64,000 nucleotides of DNA from Amphiscolops sp. MND2022 (GCA_964187785.1 OZ076409.1:15688001-15752000), one strand, 5' to 3'; numbered from the stretch's first letter, positions 27,137-41,055 are shown. Notes: a model not told the origin generated them from the sequence alone. Numbers and translations are program-made.

Positions 27137-28151
27137 CTGAAATTATAAAAAAACTCTTAGAGCCAAACTGGAAATGTTTTTTTTTCACTTCTTCACATGA
27201 GTCTGTGAAATTAGGACCAAATTATAAACTTGAAAAATTTCAAATTCCGCTGATTTGTATTCACACGATCGCATGCTCATTCGTTAAATGAAGCGTTTTT
27301 ACTTAGGAAGAGCTCAAATTCCAAGAAATTATTCGCTTTCTTAAACAGGCAAAGTGAAGAAACAAGCGAATCAAAAGGCTCGATGCTGACCTATAGGTGA
27401 GGGAACAACAAGTGTTTATTTGTCATTAATTTGGATGATTTTGTAATGATCCAAAAATTTATTAATTCTTTGGAGCTCTTATCGAGTTAAGATCATCTTT
27501 TCGAAAACTATGATTTACACCTCCAATTGTTATCATCAGTTTTATCTAGGCTCATTTCGTACACCAGAACAAAACAGCAGTTTCTCATGAAAACTTTTGC
27601 AAGTCTTCAACAAAATGTAAAATTGATTTGATCTTATGATTTTTCAAACAATCTGTGAAAGGAATAATTTCGGTTTTCCTGTAACGATACTCTAGTGAAC
27701 CTAATGACTGCTAAGCCTAACTCAAGTTTCTGAAGTGTCTCAACCTCTTGCCAATTCTGAAAGAGTCCTTTTCCGAACCTGAAAAAAGTATATCATTTTG
27801 TTGAATAATCAATGCACTCCTTCAAATGTTTCTTCTGAAACAATATTAAACTCGAATCTTTCGGCCCTAGTCTAGTCGTTACCAGTCCTTGGCAATCAAT
27901 CCTTGACAGTCCTTGAATTCGCTTTTTTCATAGCTACGGGTCAAACGAATTACTCAGAAGTTATTATTTTTGAACTCTGCAAGGTTTTGGGTAATTAGGT
28001 TTTTTCAACAGCAATGAAATCTCGGAAAACAACCCCAGCAACGTTTAGTAAGTTTTGAAACACACGAATATTTTTTCAAGAATATCTGATCCATCATTAT
28101 AGATCTCAAAACATTAAAATTTACGTCCGAATGACCAATGAATTTACTTAC

Positions 28152-28642
28152 ACCCAATACGTTCAACACTTCGTTGACCACAAGCTGCCGATAACTATCG
28201 GTTTCGAAAATGGCCGTGGTAAGTAAACAGCTTGAAACTCCTATGTTCAAAATCAGGAAACACAGTGTTGCAATCAGCAGAGAAATTGAAATTTCTCTTT
28301 CCCGCCGTCTTACTGTTCCTTTCATTGTCTTCAATTTGTAAACTATGAGAATGTCGGAAAACAGGATGCTCAAAAACGGTGCTCCCATCATCCAGACAAA
28401 TATTGTCCCAATTGCATACAAATCGCCCTGCGTCTCCGAGAAAAACCATTTATTAGCCACTAAGCAGTCAGCTTCCAAAAGATCATAGATACCAAATAAT
28501 GGGACAAACAAGACCGTTGTGATGAAATGTATAATTGCGGTTGACCAAACAGGTACGTTTGGTTTGCCATATGTTTTATAGGTGATAGGAAACCACAAAG
28601 CGGCGACTCTGTCAAATGATGAAAAGGCAAGAACATAGTTGG
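28152..28642 (-). CDS. GPCR paralog 1, middle exon (TM3-TM6), 491 bp
   Basis: Acceptor ttttag| then (A)NYVLAFSSFDRVAALWFP... (DRY-like DRV), ending at donor |GTAAGT. Overlaps ORF 28005-28598. Confidence 0.85.
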
Positions 28643-28887
28643 CTAAAACAAAAATTGTGAAACGCAGGTAACATCGACATCAGTTGAAATAACATAAATG
28701 AAAAAGCAAAGTTCTTAAATTTTCAAATTCTTTTAACTCTTTCAATTGAATACGTGTCCTCGCTGGATATGATAAGCTCATTCACATTTTGTGTAAAGTT
28801 GGACAGAATTAAAAAGCACCACTTGACAGCAAGGAACTTGAATTTTTGGCATTAGAAATTCAAAGCTGTTGTTTCTGTGTTATTTAG

Positions 28888-29588
28888 AACAAGCCGGGAA
28901 CAGCATAAGTCGGCGCCATGTCTAGGCTCAAAAGTAGCGAAAAGACTTCAAAGTGCCAAGTATTCTCTTTTTCAGAACTCAAGGAAGAACCCAAAAGGTG
29001 GACCGAATTGGAGCTACCGTGGGCCCCTGTCGCGCTAAAAGGGGGGAACCCTTTCGGATTTTTTACCATCCATTCTGTTGCAAAATATCACAAAAATGAA
29101 GTTGACCTTTTGGAGATATCGAATTTCTTTTTATTCCCGAAAAAAATGTTTGAAAAAAAGCAAAAATGAGAATCTTGAACAGTCTCATAGTGCCAAAAAA
29201 TGTAAAACGTGGAAACCCTTGGGATTTTTTAACATCCTTTCTGTTGAAAAATAGCAAAAAATGAAGGGGGACCCTTTAGAGGCGTTAGAAAAGTTTTTAA
29301 AATACGTTTCACAATGCCAAAAAAAGTGATGGGGGACCCTTTAGTGTCGCGCGAACTTGTATGTTACGCTGAAAAAAGTACAACCTTTATAATTCAGTTC
29401 CCTGAGCCAAATGGTCCAATTAGACATTTTAAAGTTTCGTAGAACTTTCTAGAACTATTTTGGTCAGTTCGTATGGATTGAAAAAAGTAACTAGGAGAGT
29501 CACAATTCACTTCATAAAGCACCGACTAAAACAGGAGTCACTGTTTTAGTCGTTAGTCGCATTTCACTTCATGAAGCGCCGACTAAAA
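28888..29588 (-). mobile_element. Helentron/DINE-1-like (HINE) copy in GPCR1 intron
   Basis: aacaagccgggaac...agtcggcgcc ... gcgccgactaaaaa. Confidence 0.6.
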
Positions 29589-29843
29589 AGTCTGGTTATC
29601 TGGTTTGCTTCGCTGATCAATTATGGATGAATTCAAAAAATTCGCTCTATGTTCAACTCAACTGATTGACGGATAAATTTTGTCTCCAGATTAGAAAATA
29701 TTTTCTGCATTTTACTATTCTCAAAAATTTGACGAATCTCAGGATTTGCAGAAGTAATCAAGCTATTCGAAACAAACCAACAGATGATTTTTTTCAAACA
29801 CGAAAATGTTAGTTGTTCAATTTTGTTTGAAATTGTTTCTAAC

Positions 29844-30179
29844 CCGTAGACGACGATGCACCTGTGAGAAAAAACCACAACTTGCACGTGTACCGGTTGA
29901 TCAGCGTGAAAGGGGCTTGAAACAGGAACGAGCCAGAGGCTAGTACGCCAACCATGAACACTGGGAAGGTGTCAGCCACCGCCAGGCACTTAATGAACGT
30001 GGTACCTGATGTTTGCGAGCCCAAACGAGAAGCAGTCAAGTACGCCAAGCAGTTGCTAATCAGTCCAGTTAGAGCTACTATCACACTCAGGACCGATAAC
30101 GCGTACTGGGTTATCAACAGATCCAGAGCAGACTCAGGTTCTGGTGAATAGGAGGTTGAATTGCTGTCACTAACACAAC
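29844..30179 (-). CDS. GPCR paralog 1, exon with TM1-TM3 start (upstream coding exon not identified)
   Basis: Acceptor ttttgtag|. GLISNCLAY (TM1 Asn), LAVAD (TM2), TCKLW (TM3 Cys). Donor G|GTTAG, phase 1, joins the next exon in frame. Confidence 0.8.
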
Positions 30180-32722
30180 CTACAAAAGAAACGTTTTGGG
30201 CGTTGTATTTTCGGTAATTACAAACACTTTTCAGAAGTGGGTTTCTTTGCAAACCGTACTATACCATCGAGTAACTGTGAGAAAACCAAAAAAGCAAGTT
30301 TCACGTGTTTTAGACAGCAAAAAAATGTCAAAATTAGATTCTTTTTGAATCTACAAAGCAATCATAAGCTAATCATTCAACAATCACTTCTATTATGACA
30401 GCATACACAGAGGAACTGAGACTTTTCAACATAACTTTTGTTTTTTAATAGTATCAGAAAATGTAGTCTTTGAAAATGAAGCGCATTCTTCATTAGCATC
30501 AGTAATTTGCTGTAATGTTTTCTTGAGCTTCCATAATTAAATAAATTTCAACGCGTGTTTCTTCAACAGATACTATTTTGTGTCACACCTTGGAACAAAT
30601 TTGAATGATTACTTTTCACATACTTTTCACCTACGATCTGCAAAAGTGGGACCGAAATTAGTCAAAGTGCCCTCTTTAATTAAATCCGAATCTGAGTCAG
30701 ATTTTCCTTGAATTAGAAAGCTTCCCTTCCTAGGTTTTCGACACAATGCGATTTTTATAAACATTTTTGAACCGAGGGGCCGACCTTTGGTGTTTGTATA
30801 GATGTTTCCAGTTAGAAAAGATTTTTTGAGCTTTATTTGAATTCAAAAACAGCACTGCAGCAACAAAGCATTACGTCTTCGAATCAGGTCATAAAAGCTT
30901 TTCAACTTAAAAAACTATTTAAATAATATTTATCTGCACTTGTTGTGAACAAATTCAAAAAAAGTGCTGCATAGTTCATTAGAGTTTCATAAATTTTCAA
31001 ACCAGTTTGCTTGAAATATTTTCGATGAGAAAAAATGTTTTGTCTGCAACTTACAACTACTAACAAGGGACTTCAACATGTCGATCGTACTCATGGCTGA
31101 AGGTTCATTAAAAAAATTTCCGTATGCGTTTTCAATGGTAGCCTACTGTGTTACTATAGTGGGACAGTAATTTGGCAACCAGTTGCTGAGCTATTAGTAT
31201 ATTAGTGAAATTACTTTTTTCAAATGTCATAAACGCTATAATTTATAAAAAAGACAAGCCAAACAAACGAACATCCAAAACGGACGACGAATGAGCGTAA
31301 TCGCTCTTCAAATCCTCCCCTCGAAAACTCATTTTTAGTATTTTCATTCATTTATTGAGTTTTTTTTCTGAAGTACACTTACATATTTCTCACATAGAAG
31401 AAAATGAAATACAGTTGCTTGTTGTTTATAATATACAGAGAACCCAATTTAGTAATATAGACCCGCATTTGCGTTGAACTGAATATTCACATTTCATTAG
31501 GTATCAAGACATCAAACACTCGTAAGTTTTGCTTGAAGAAGTTTCAATTGATTTTCGCACCGTTACGGTTCTGGTATAGTTAGTTCTAAAGACTCTTTTT
31601 GCCCGACAACGGGTTTACATAATTCTAATACACATTTGGTATTTCTTGGATACTGAACTGCTGATATATTACGCAATTGTTTATAAAGTTGTTCATTTTT
31701 TTCAATAATACAGAGTATTCGAGGAAAAACATTTTTCAAAAATAATTTTTTTCAAATTCTCCTTTTTTCAGTTTTTTTGCCGATGGCTCGTGGCTCGAAA
31801 AAAGCTGTATTGACACAAATAACATCTAAACCCAGATAGTTCAATTAATTGCTGATGAGAAATCTTTGTGGCTCCTCTATAATTTATTTGTGGTTCGAAA
31901 TAGATTTAACGACACCCTCTGCTACACAATTTCCGTCAATAATAGAATTGGAATATGTTCAGAAGTTTGGTGAAATATTCCAATCCGATGTGTTGTGTGA
32001 CGTGGCACTAAGCATGTCCTTGCTCTTTTCGCTGTCTCCGACATTTTGAATGCAGAACGACGAGAAGAACAAACCGAGAGAGAACACGGAGACTGAATTA
32101 GAATGGGAGCTTGTACAAATTGTGAAAAACTCCGGAAAGACTCTTTTATATGTGCAGGAAATCGGGTTTTATTCATTTTAGCATTATGCAACCTTAATTG
32201 ACAAAAACCGGAAAAATGAGCCTTTTCGCCTAAAAATCCTCGTTTGACAGTTGGAGCACCAGCTTGTAGCTGTACGGCCAGCCATAATGAAATTTTCTTT
32301 CATGTATTTCAACTGTTTGTTGCCTTATTTTCTAGCCCGAAAGCAACTTTGGCTATTTTAGACGCTTTCCATGTCCCCTGAAAATGGAATTTAACTTTTT
32401 CCTTTAGAATTGTTTTTATATGCAACTTAAACGGTGGTCTTCACAAAGTCAGAAAGATGCCCATTACTATCAGCAATGATAGACTAGGACCGTTTGGTAG
32501 GTATTCCGACATTGCACCTACGGCGTCGGGACATGTTTCACCCTGGAGGCAAATTGAGCTTGTTGTGATGGAAGCCTGTCCCGGTCGATCCACCCACTTC
32601 GCAGGCTCAGGTTCTTCCACCTCCGTTAAGGCGTTAAATAGCCTTTCACTGCTTGTCGTTATGTTCTATGTTCAACCGCTGTCCACATTTGACAGGATGA
32701 AATCACTGTCGACGGTATATTT

Positions 32723-32724
<2 letters not shown>

Positions 32725-32758
<34 letters not shown>

Positions 32759-32759
32759 T
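32725..32759. repeat. (TA)n microsatellite abutting the gap
   Basis: Direct sequence. Confidence 0.9.
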
Positions 32760-32959
32760 NNNNNNNNNNNNNNNNNNNNNNNNNNNNNNNNNNNNNNNNN
32801 NNNNNNNNNNNNNNNNNNNNNNNNNNNNNNNNNNNNNNNNNNNNNNNNNNNNNNNNNNNNNNNNNNNNNNNNNNNNNNNNNNNNNNNNNNNNNNNNNNNN
32901 NNNNNNNNNNNNNNNNNNNNNNNNNNNNNNNNNNNNNNNNNNNNNNNNNNNNNNNNNNN
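32760..32959. other. Assembly gap (200 N)
   Basis: Run of N. Confidence 1.
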
Positions 32960-33563
32960 GTACTTCGACAACAAGAGCGAAGATCGAGAAAAAACATAAG
33001 GCCACCCGCCTGAACAGACGCCAGAGACTACAAAAAATCTCTGAAATTAGACTCTTTCGATGGTGCTAACCTTGATTTCAGCAGTATGCTACCGTAAGTA
33101 GCGAAAACCGTAAAAATGAGTCTTCTCATCTAATTAACAAATCTGTGCCTGTGGTGCCCCAGCTTGCGAGCTGAATGTGGATGATGCCAAATCGCTCTTG
33201 TGGAGGAGATTGCTGCAGATTGCTGTATATTGTTGTAAGTTTATTCCCCAATTTTAGAAATTATTCCCAAGTCACCCTAATAACGAAAATTTAACATAAT
33301 TTCCTTTTGGAACGTTTTTAAAGGCTGTCTAAGCGGTAGTTTTGAGAAAAAAGCGTAATTCGCGCTACTGACAGCAATTAAAGACTGGATCTGGCCGGCG
33401 AGCACTTCACAAGAAGCGGAATCCTCCTCTGACGGGACAGTTTTTACCCGAAGGAGGCAAAATGAGCTCATGGTCATGGGCGCCTGTCCCGGGCAAATAC
33501 CTATATCATGTGTTCCTCCAACTCTAATGGTTACGGCGACAATGGTGAAAGCTTGTCGTTACA
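32960..33563 (+). mobile_element. LTR of a sister family of the 19-kb Gypsy element (5' part lost in the gap)
   Basis: 33315-33563 closely matches 43718-43967 and ends in the same ...GCTTGTCGTTACA. The upstream part does not align obviously. Confidence 0.75.
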
Positions 33564-35185
33564 TATATTAGTATAGTTCGCTTAATATCACATCCCTTGG
33601 TGTGCTTAGAAAAGGTGATCTTATAATTATTTATGACTAATCTTAGCTTCAATTCCTAGTTTTTTGGCTAGTTTGTTATTTAGACGCCCCAATTAAACTT
33701 CTAATATGCTGTTCCGCATTCAATGCTCCGTTATTCGGTGCTAATAATTTCCAACACAAACAGTATCTCTGAATTCTGAACTGGGGAAGGTAGTTACCTG
33801 TTGATGCTATTGTGGGTTCCAGTGTCCCATTTTCGGCAGAGTTATTAGAGGAGTTGCTACAGACCACAGCTAGAATCTCTATGTCCATTTCTAAGATCTA
33901 AAATTACTGGTTATCAACATCTTTTAAAACAATGGCTTTCAATGCACGAATCCTCGGACTAATATTTCACCGATGAACTGGCTCATTACGCAACATTTTT
34001 TCCCCAAGAACCAATTAATCAGCTAGCTACATTTGTCTTTACACTTAATGTGCAATATTGGCTTCTTGGTGTGAGGCTCAGAAGTATTAACGTCAAATGG
34101 GTTGTTTTGAGTGGAGAAATCTTGCTATGTATGCTACAGAACTTGATGCGATTTTTTTAGTTGAAAAAAATTTCGACAGGATAACCTATGTCCATGGCAA
34201 AAACCATGAATGGAATTGACAGAAACTACTGAAAAAATACATTTTTCTTAAAAACTTTCATTTCAAACAAATAAATGTTGGCTACTTACTACTTGATGCA
34301 ACGATTCCAGTCACTTTGCTTTGAGGTGAAAATGAGATTCAATAGATGGGTTGGAAAATGAATTCGATTTTCCAACTGATGAAATATCGATGCTCCAAAG
34401 ACAACATGAACTGCAAATATGTTTGAATTTGCCTCTTCAACGAATAATTAATCTTTTTAGCTAGATTCATAAAATTGAGGAAAATTATTGAAGTAACGTG
34501 AAAGTTGAACTTTTTCGAAGGCATGATTATCACGGTACAAATTGATCGGTTTCTGGAAAAAATCCGCCCCCGAAAAAATCAATTTGTTTCTTTTAATTAG
34601 ATAATTCTCTGTTAAAAATTATAGACACTTTCCAGCTCTGCTTTTGTGATCATTAAGAATTTTTGTCAATTTAGATGATGAATGAAGAAAATGCTTTCAC
34701 ACTGAGACATTGCTCGTTTCAATAACGATGATTCAAACGAGCATAAAAGGAATACACTCCGATTATTCAAAAAGTGAATTCGAAACGAAAAATTGACAGC
34801 TGAGCATGTTGCCCTTTTTGGGGATGTTTTGAAAACGCGGATTTTTTTCTTTCCCACTCTTTCTAACAGACTACTCGATAAATCATGTAGTAATATTGAA
34901 AATTAATCATAAACTAGATGATTTTGTATGTGACCGTGATATCATCAAAGTGTGGTAAGAAATTTATTTCAAGACATGTCAGAAAAACTTTCTGAACAAT
35001 TCATTGAGCTAAACCAACGCTTAAGCAGCCATTTCAGTATATGAGAAGATATTCTGGTGGGTTTAGAACTTGTACCATTGGAACAACTACTAATAAACAG
35101 CAAATAAAGATCTGAAGTCAGAAAATGTTCTCACTTTTACGAGGTACATCTAAAACTTTTCGTTGAAACAATATTCATATGTTAA

Positions 35186-35982
35186 CCCCAGTCGAACTTC
35201 CCAACATTTTGTACAAGGATCTGTCAGATGTCTCTTCCAAGATCTTGAAAGACAATGCATTCTTCTTCCAGGCATCTTGGAAGGTCTTGGAAGCCAATGT
35301 CTGATCTTGCAAGATCTTGTAAGAAATGCCTGAATCTTGGAAAATCTCTGAACAAAATGCTTGAACTTGGAGGTAACTTGAGAAAAATGCCTGAATCTTG
35401 AAAGTAACTTGGGAAATGAGTTTGAAATTTTTAAATTGAAAATTTACAGCATCAGCAAAACCAAAATAAAAATAAATATAAATATGTACACATATTTAAA
35501 GATTACGCGTCTCAAACGGCTGTCCTGGGTCACCATCGCTGCAAACGTGCAGCTCCCAAAGCCGGTAGTTCTGAAATATACAATTTATCTTTCACCAACG
35601 TCGGTCACATTTAAGTTCGAAGGACAACAAATACAAGAATACATGAAATGTTCCATTTCTTTACATGTAATTGTGTCGTGTTCTACGTTTGCATTATGTT
35701 GTACATGCAATTTGAACATATTCTTAGCCTAAAATTGAAAGAAACAATCTTGATGTTTCCTGTACATTCTAGATATTATTTCTGCAATTTTTTTTCAATT
35801 TTCAGAGATTGTCTTGCAAGATTCTTGGACGGACATGTCTGTACCTGCAAGAAATGACTGATCTGACTGAATCTGACAGGTGTATCTGAAATGTAAGATA
35901 CTTGCAATATTCTTCCAGATAATGTCTGATATGTTCTACTTCTACAAGATTCTTGCGAAAAATGTATGGAGTTTGACTGGGG
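35186..35982. mobile_element. Non-autonomous TIR element with CCCCAGTC termini (similar to 2954-4069)
   Basis: aa|ccccagtcgaact ... agtttgactgggg|aa, with internal TCTTG/CAAGA motifs. Confidence 0.6.
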
Positions 35983-36120
35983 AAGGAACTTCTGAATACG
36001 CCTAGACATTGATTCGTAAAAAATCACATGATTAGTGTCATTGAGTATGAGAAAATGACTCATCTTGGTACAGCAATTTTCACAGAGTTCTCCGCTGGAT
36101 CTTTGGGGGAAATTTGTCTC

Positions 36121-39100
36121 TGCTTCTTTTTGCTTCTTTTGACGCGCGTATCATTAATTAAGATCGAAAACAGCGTCTTTAACGTTTCTCATAAGAAAGT
36201 CGGAGGTAGGACCTGGGTTTTTGAGTATTTGAAGAAAAAAGAAAGAAATGTGGAACGTAGCAGCATAAATGCGATAAAATATGTTAAGCACACGTTTTGA
36301 AATGACAATACCGCAGTATATTGAAGCGTCCATCGGGTGAAATATATGTATTCGCGGATTTTGGAAAATGTTTGTGGCTCCATAGAATAAGAGCCTGTTC
36401 CTGAGCAAAAAATCTTTGAGAATGAATTATCATCTTGAGTAAATTTTCATGCAGTTTCTTCATTTTAGGCTTTTCACCTATTCTTTTTCTCTGTTTGTGA
36501 CCATTTTTTTGGTTTTTGACTGGTTGCCATCCCACACAGGTAAACTTCGTTTTCTCAGCCACGCTGATTTGTTATCTCGGTTGTGTCGAGGTCAGCTCGT
36601 CTTTTTGCGCCTATCACATCGTTCAAATTGGCCTTTACAGTTGCTTTATGAAACGATGCAGTCATAGATTGCTCCGCGGAAGCCATTTGACGGAGTTTAT
36701 TTTCAGTCAGGCATTATGAGGCTTTTCCGAAATGGGAATCCTTATCTGTCCAGTTAGAAACAAGCCGGGAACGACCCAATCGGCGCCATATCTAAGGCTC
36801 AAAAATAGCAAGGACTTCAAATATCTAAGGACTTCAAAGTGTCAAGTATTCTCTTCTACAGTACCCACATGAGGAAAAAAATTGAAAAAAATCCACATTT
36901 TGGTCTCCGGTAAGTCGCATCCTTTGGGAGTTTTTGAACATCCATTCTTTTGCAAAATAGAAAAAAATTGAAGAGGGGACCCTTTGGAGACTTTAAAAAA
37001 AAATACAAAAAAGTATCACAAAGCCGAAAAAAACATGCACGAAAAATTTTTGGTCAAGCGCGGGACTCGAACCCACGTCCTTCTGCTTGTCAGACCTCAA
37101 AAAATCCTCAAAATCAGAAGCAGAAGAAGCTACATTAGTGTGGCAGTTAGTCACTTCGGCAAAATCTGGCAAAATCTGTCACTTCGCTGGTCTTAAAAAA
37201 GTTGCCACTATAGTCTGCGTTTTTCTACGAAACAAGAAAAGTCTTTACTAAAGTCTGCGTTTTTCTACGAAAAGCGCCGACTAAAAAGGGGTAATTTTTT
37301 TGATATTTTGCACTTAAACTGGATTCTCAAAAAGCCCAAAGGATCTCCTCTTTTGAATTTTTTGGCTCTATGAGACTTTTTCGAAATTCCGATTTTTCAT
37401 TTTTTTTCGGAAACTTTTTATAGTCTCCAAAGGGTCCCTCCTTCATTTTTTGGATATTTTGCAACAAACTGGACTTTCAAAAAACCCAAAGAGTTTTTTT
37501 TTACAATTTTAAAAACTTTGCGCTTTTTGAGCCTTCGATATAGCGCCGATTTTAGACGTTCCCGTCTTGTTTAGCACTTTATGATCATCGAAAAGTTTCA
37601 ATAGTTGGCCCCTGAATATTTCAAACAATTTTCACTTTTTGAAGTTTGAGCGGGGTGCTTCTTTTTGCTTCTTTTGACGCGCGTATCATTAATTAAGATC
37701 GAAAACAGCGTCTTTAACGTTTCTCATAAGAAAGTCGGAGGTAGGACCTGGGTTTTTGAGTATTTGAAGAAAAAAGAAAGAAATGTGGAACGTAGCAGCA
37801 TAAATGCGATAAAATATGTTAAGCACACGTTTTGAAATGACAATACCGCAGTATATTGAAGCGTCCATCGGGTGAAATATATGTATTCGCGGATTTTGGA
37901 AAATGTTTGTGGCTCCATAGAATAAGAGCCTGTTCCTGAGCAAAAAATCTTTGAGAATGAATTATCATCTTGAGTAAATTTTCATGCAGTTTCTTCATTT
38001 TAGGCTTTTCACCTATTCTTTTTCTCTGTTTGTGACCATTTTTTTGGTTTTTGACTGGTTGCCATCCCACACAGGTAAACTTCGTTTTCTCAGCCACGCT
38101 GATTTGTTATCTCGGTTGTGTCGAGGTCAGCTCGTCTTTTTGCGCCTATCACATCGTTCAAATTGGCCTTTACAGTTGCTTTATGAAACGATGCAGTCAT
38201 AGATTGCTCCGCGGAAGCCATTTGACGGAGTTTATTTTCAGTCAGGCATTATGAGGCTTTTCCGAAATGGGAATCCTTATCTGTCCAGTTAGAAACAAGC
38301 CGGGAACGACCCAAGTCGGCGCCATATCTAAGGCTCAAAAATAGCAAGGACTTCAAATATCTAAGGACTTCAAAGTGTCAAGTATTCTCTTCTACAGTAC
38401 CCACATGAGGAAAAAAATTGAAAAAAATCCACATTTTGGTCTCCGGTAAGTCGCATCCTTTGGGAGTTTTTGAACATCCATTCTTTTGCAAAATAGAAAA
38501 AAATTGAAGAGGGGACCCTTTGGAGACTTTAAAAAAAATACAAAAAAGTATCACAAAGCCGAAAAAAAACATGCACGAAAAATTTTTGGTCAAGCGCGGG
38601 ACTCGAACCCACGTCCTTCTGCTTGTCAGACCTCAAAAAATCCTCAAAATCAGAAGCAGAAGAAGCTACATTAGTGTGGCAGTTAGTCACTTCGGCAAAA
38701 TCTGGCAAAATCTGTCACTTCGCTGGTCTTAAAAAAGTTGCCACTATAGTCTGCGTTTTTCTACGAAACAAGAAAAGTCTTTACTAAAGTCTGCGTTTTT
38801 CTACGAAAAGCGCCGACTAAAAAGGGGTAATTTTTTGATATTTTGCACTTAAACTGGATTCTCAAAAAGCCCAAAGGATCTCCTCTTTTGAATTTTTTGG
38901 CTCTATGAGACTTTTTCGAAATTCCGATTTTTCATTTTTTTTCGGAAACTTTTTATAGTCTCCAAAGGGTCCCTCCTTCATTTTTTGGATATTTTGCAAC
39001 AAACTGGACTTTCAAAAAACCCAAAGAGTTTTTTTTACAATTTTAAAAACTTTGCGCTTTTTGAGCCTTCGATATAGCGCCGATTTTAGACGTTCCCGTC

Positions 39101-39192
39101 TTGTTTAGCACTTTATGATCATCGAAAAGTTTCAATAGTTGGCCCCTGAATATTTCAAACAATTTTCACTTTTTGAAGTTTGAGCGGGGTGC
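36121..39192. repeat. Recent tandem duplication, ~1535-bp unit x2
   Basis: 36121-37655 is nearly identical to 37656-39189, with 3-bp TGC microhomology at the junction. ORFs 36154/37689 and 36284/37819 are duplicated. Confidence 0.93.
36758..37572. mobile_element. Two oppositely oriented HINE-like segments (duplicated at ~38293-39106)
   Basis: aaacaagccgggaac...gcgccgactaaaaa (to ~37286), followed by a segment ending gcgccgattttagacgttcccgtcttgttt. Confidence 0.55.
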
Positions 39193-39425
39193 CGACTTGG
39201 TTCATCCTTGCTTGTTTTGCACAGACATAGGTTTCTGAGATATTTCATAATGAATTTTGAAATTGGTCAAATGTCAACAATTAGAAAAATTCTATAACTT
39301 TTGTAGTTTTGGTTTGATTTCGAAACGAAAAATACCCCTGTAAATCTGATCTAAATTTGAGACACTTTTCCATTTGAGATTTGTGTGTCTATCGATCAAG
39401 TGAAAATTCATTGCGGTTCTCATTT

Positions 39426-39962
39426 TTAGTCGGCGCCTTTTCCCTTAAGGAAAAAAGCCCGACTCTTACAGTGAGTAGTTTTTTTTTTCAGTTGACAATC
39501 TCACTCTGAGTGGTCCACTTTTCTTACAATCTTTGTTCACATTTTTTCACATTTGTTCAACTAATTTTCTGAAAAGCAGGAGATCGTGGGTTCGATTCTC
39601 GCACTAAACCACAAATTTTTTATGTTTCCAAAAGTAGATGCGAGACCAAAGCTTTGTTTCGTTTCGTTTGATTTTTTTCGTTTTTTTTCGGCACTATGCG
39701 ACTTTTTTTTCGAAAATTTTCGGATTCTATCAATTGCATTTTTTTGAAGTTTTCGGTTTGTAAAAACGTTCAATGAGCCTGAATGGCCTCTTTTTGAGTT
39801 TTTGTGGCATTGTGCGATTTTCTAAAAAAAATACTTTTTTCGAAAAAAAAATTCAAAAATAATTTTTTTCGAAAAAAAAATTTCCAAAAATTTCCAATAG
39901 CTGTTCCTTGAATATTTTTGAGCCTAAGATATGGCGCCGACTTGGGACGTTCCCGTCTTGTT
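39426..39962 (+). mobile_element. Helentron/DINE-1-like (HINE) copy
   Basis: ttttAGTCGGCGCC ... GGCGCCGACT-tGGGAcgtTCCC-gtCTTGTT (subTIRs plus 3' hairpin). Confidence 0.65.
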
Positions 39963-41055
39963 TTCGTTAGCGGAACTGAGTCTCTTCAGCGTTTTGGTAA
40001 GATTGTGTATATACGTCATAACAGAAAACAGCATTGTCAAAACTCAATTTGTATACAAAAAAAAACGATTAAATTCAAATCGCACTTTTTCCTTGCGAGA
40101 CCTAAAAGCGTTTCCCGAAAAAATGTCATTTATTGGGAATGAGCTATTTCTTATAGCTACAGACGTCAAAACAGAGAGAAAAACAATGACAGAGTTCAAC
40201 TCGAAGACAGAAAAATGTTCGATAGTGATTGGATGTCAAATCCTGCCTACTTCATGACAAGATGTAATAAAATTTGGACACCGCGTCAGCCATGCGGATT
40301 TAGAGCTATAAAAATTAAAACAGTCAATATACACGAGAACGGTATTACGATAGTTCAATTTGAAAAGATACAGAAGTTCAACACTTCTTTGTTGCGATTT
40401 TATTTCCGCGCAGGGCACAATTTCGAAGAAATTCGAAAAACAATTACTAGGGAAAAATCCAAAATAGGGACCTTTCAGGATTAGAAAATTTTTTTGTCTA
40501 CTTGAAAACAAAACGACACCCGAATTTTTGGGGAAATGTTCCATTATTTTTTTCTGAAAGTCGCATCGTGCCAAAAAAGTTCCATTAGACGAACCTAAAG
40601 GCTCGATAAAAGCCTATAAACCTCATCGAATCATTTCTATTTATTAATGAAGTTTATTATATGGGTCTTTTATAACGAAAACAAAAACGTGATGTAAGGT
40701 AGTTTTATTTTTCAAAAGGTGAAACGCTGAAAGTTGGACTAAGAGGAGAAGAATTGATTCTTGCATACCCAAAAAAGGTAAATTTTGTTGAAAGGGGAAA
40801 ATCTGATGCCAAATAAATATATGGAGTTTTCATTTGTTCAGGAGGTTATATAATAAAAACTGTCGGATCATTGTTCGATTAAAATTCCTGGATAACAGGG
40901 TTCAGCTAGAGTATGTACAATGAAGGTCATTCATGCACTCGTGTGAAAATTTCGTATGCTTTTGAAGTTTTATTTTCCATCTCCTTTCTGATTTGAGTAA
41001 GTATGCAAGTTCATGAAGTTGATAGTGATTATAACAGATGATTATATTGATGACG

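Noticed and set aside
28005..28151. ORF-track C-terminal extension of the GPCR middle exon (and 30180-30252 upstream)
   Set aside because: Read-through into introns. Splice sites conserved between the paralogs define the exon ends.
32457..33005. ORFs of 94-180 aa near the gap
   Set aside because: They are artefacts of reading through Ns and (TA)n.
37055..37095. tRNA gene
   Set aside because: Only a B-box-like fragment inside a repeat. No cloverleaf could be folded.
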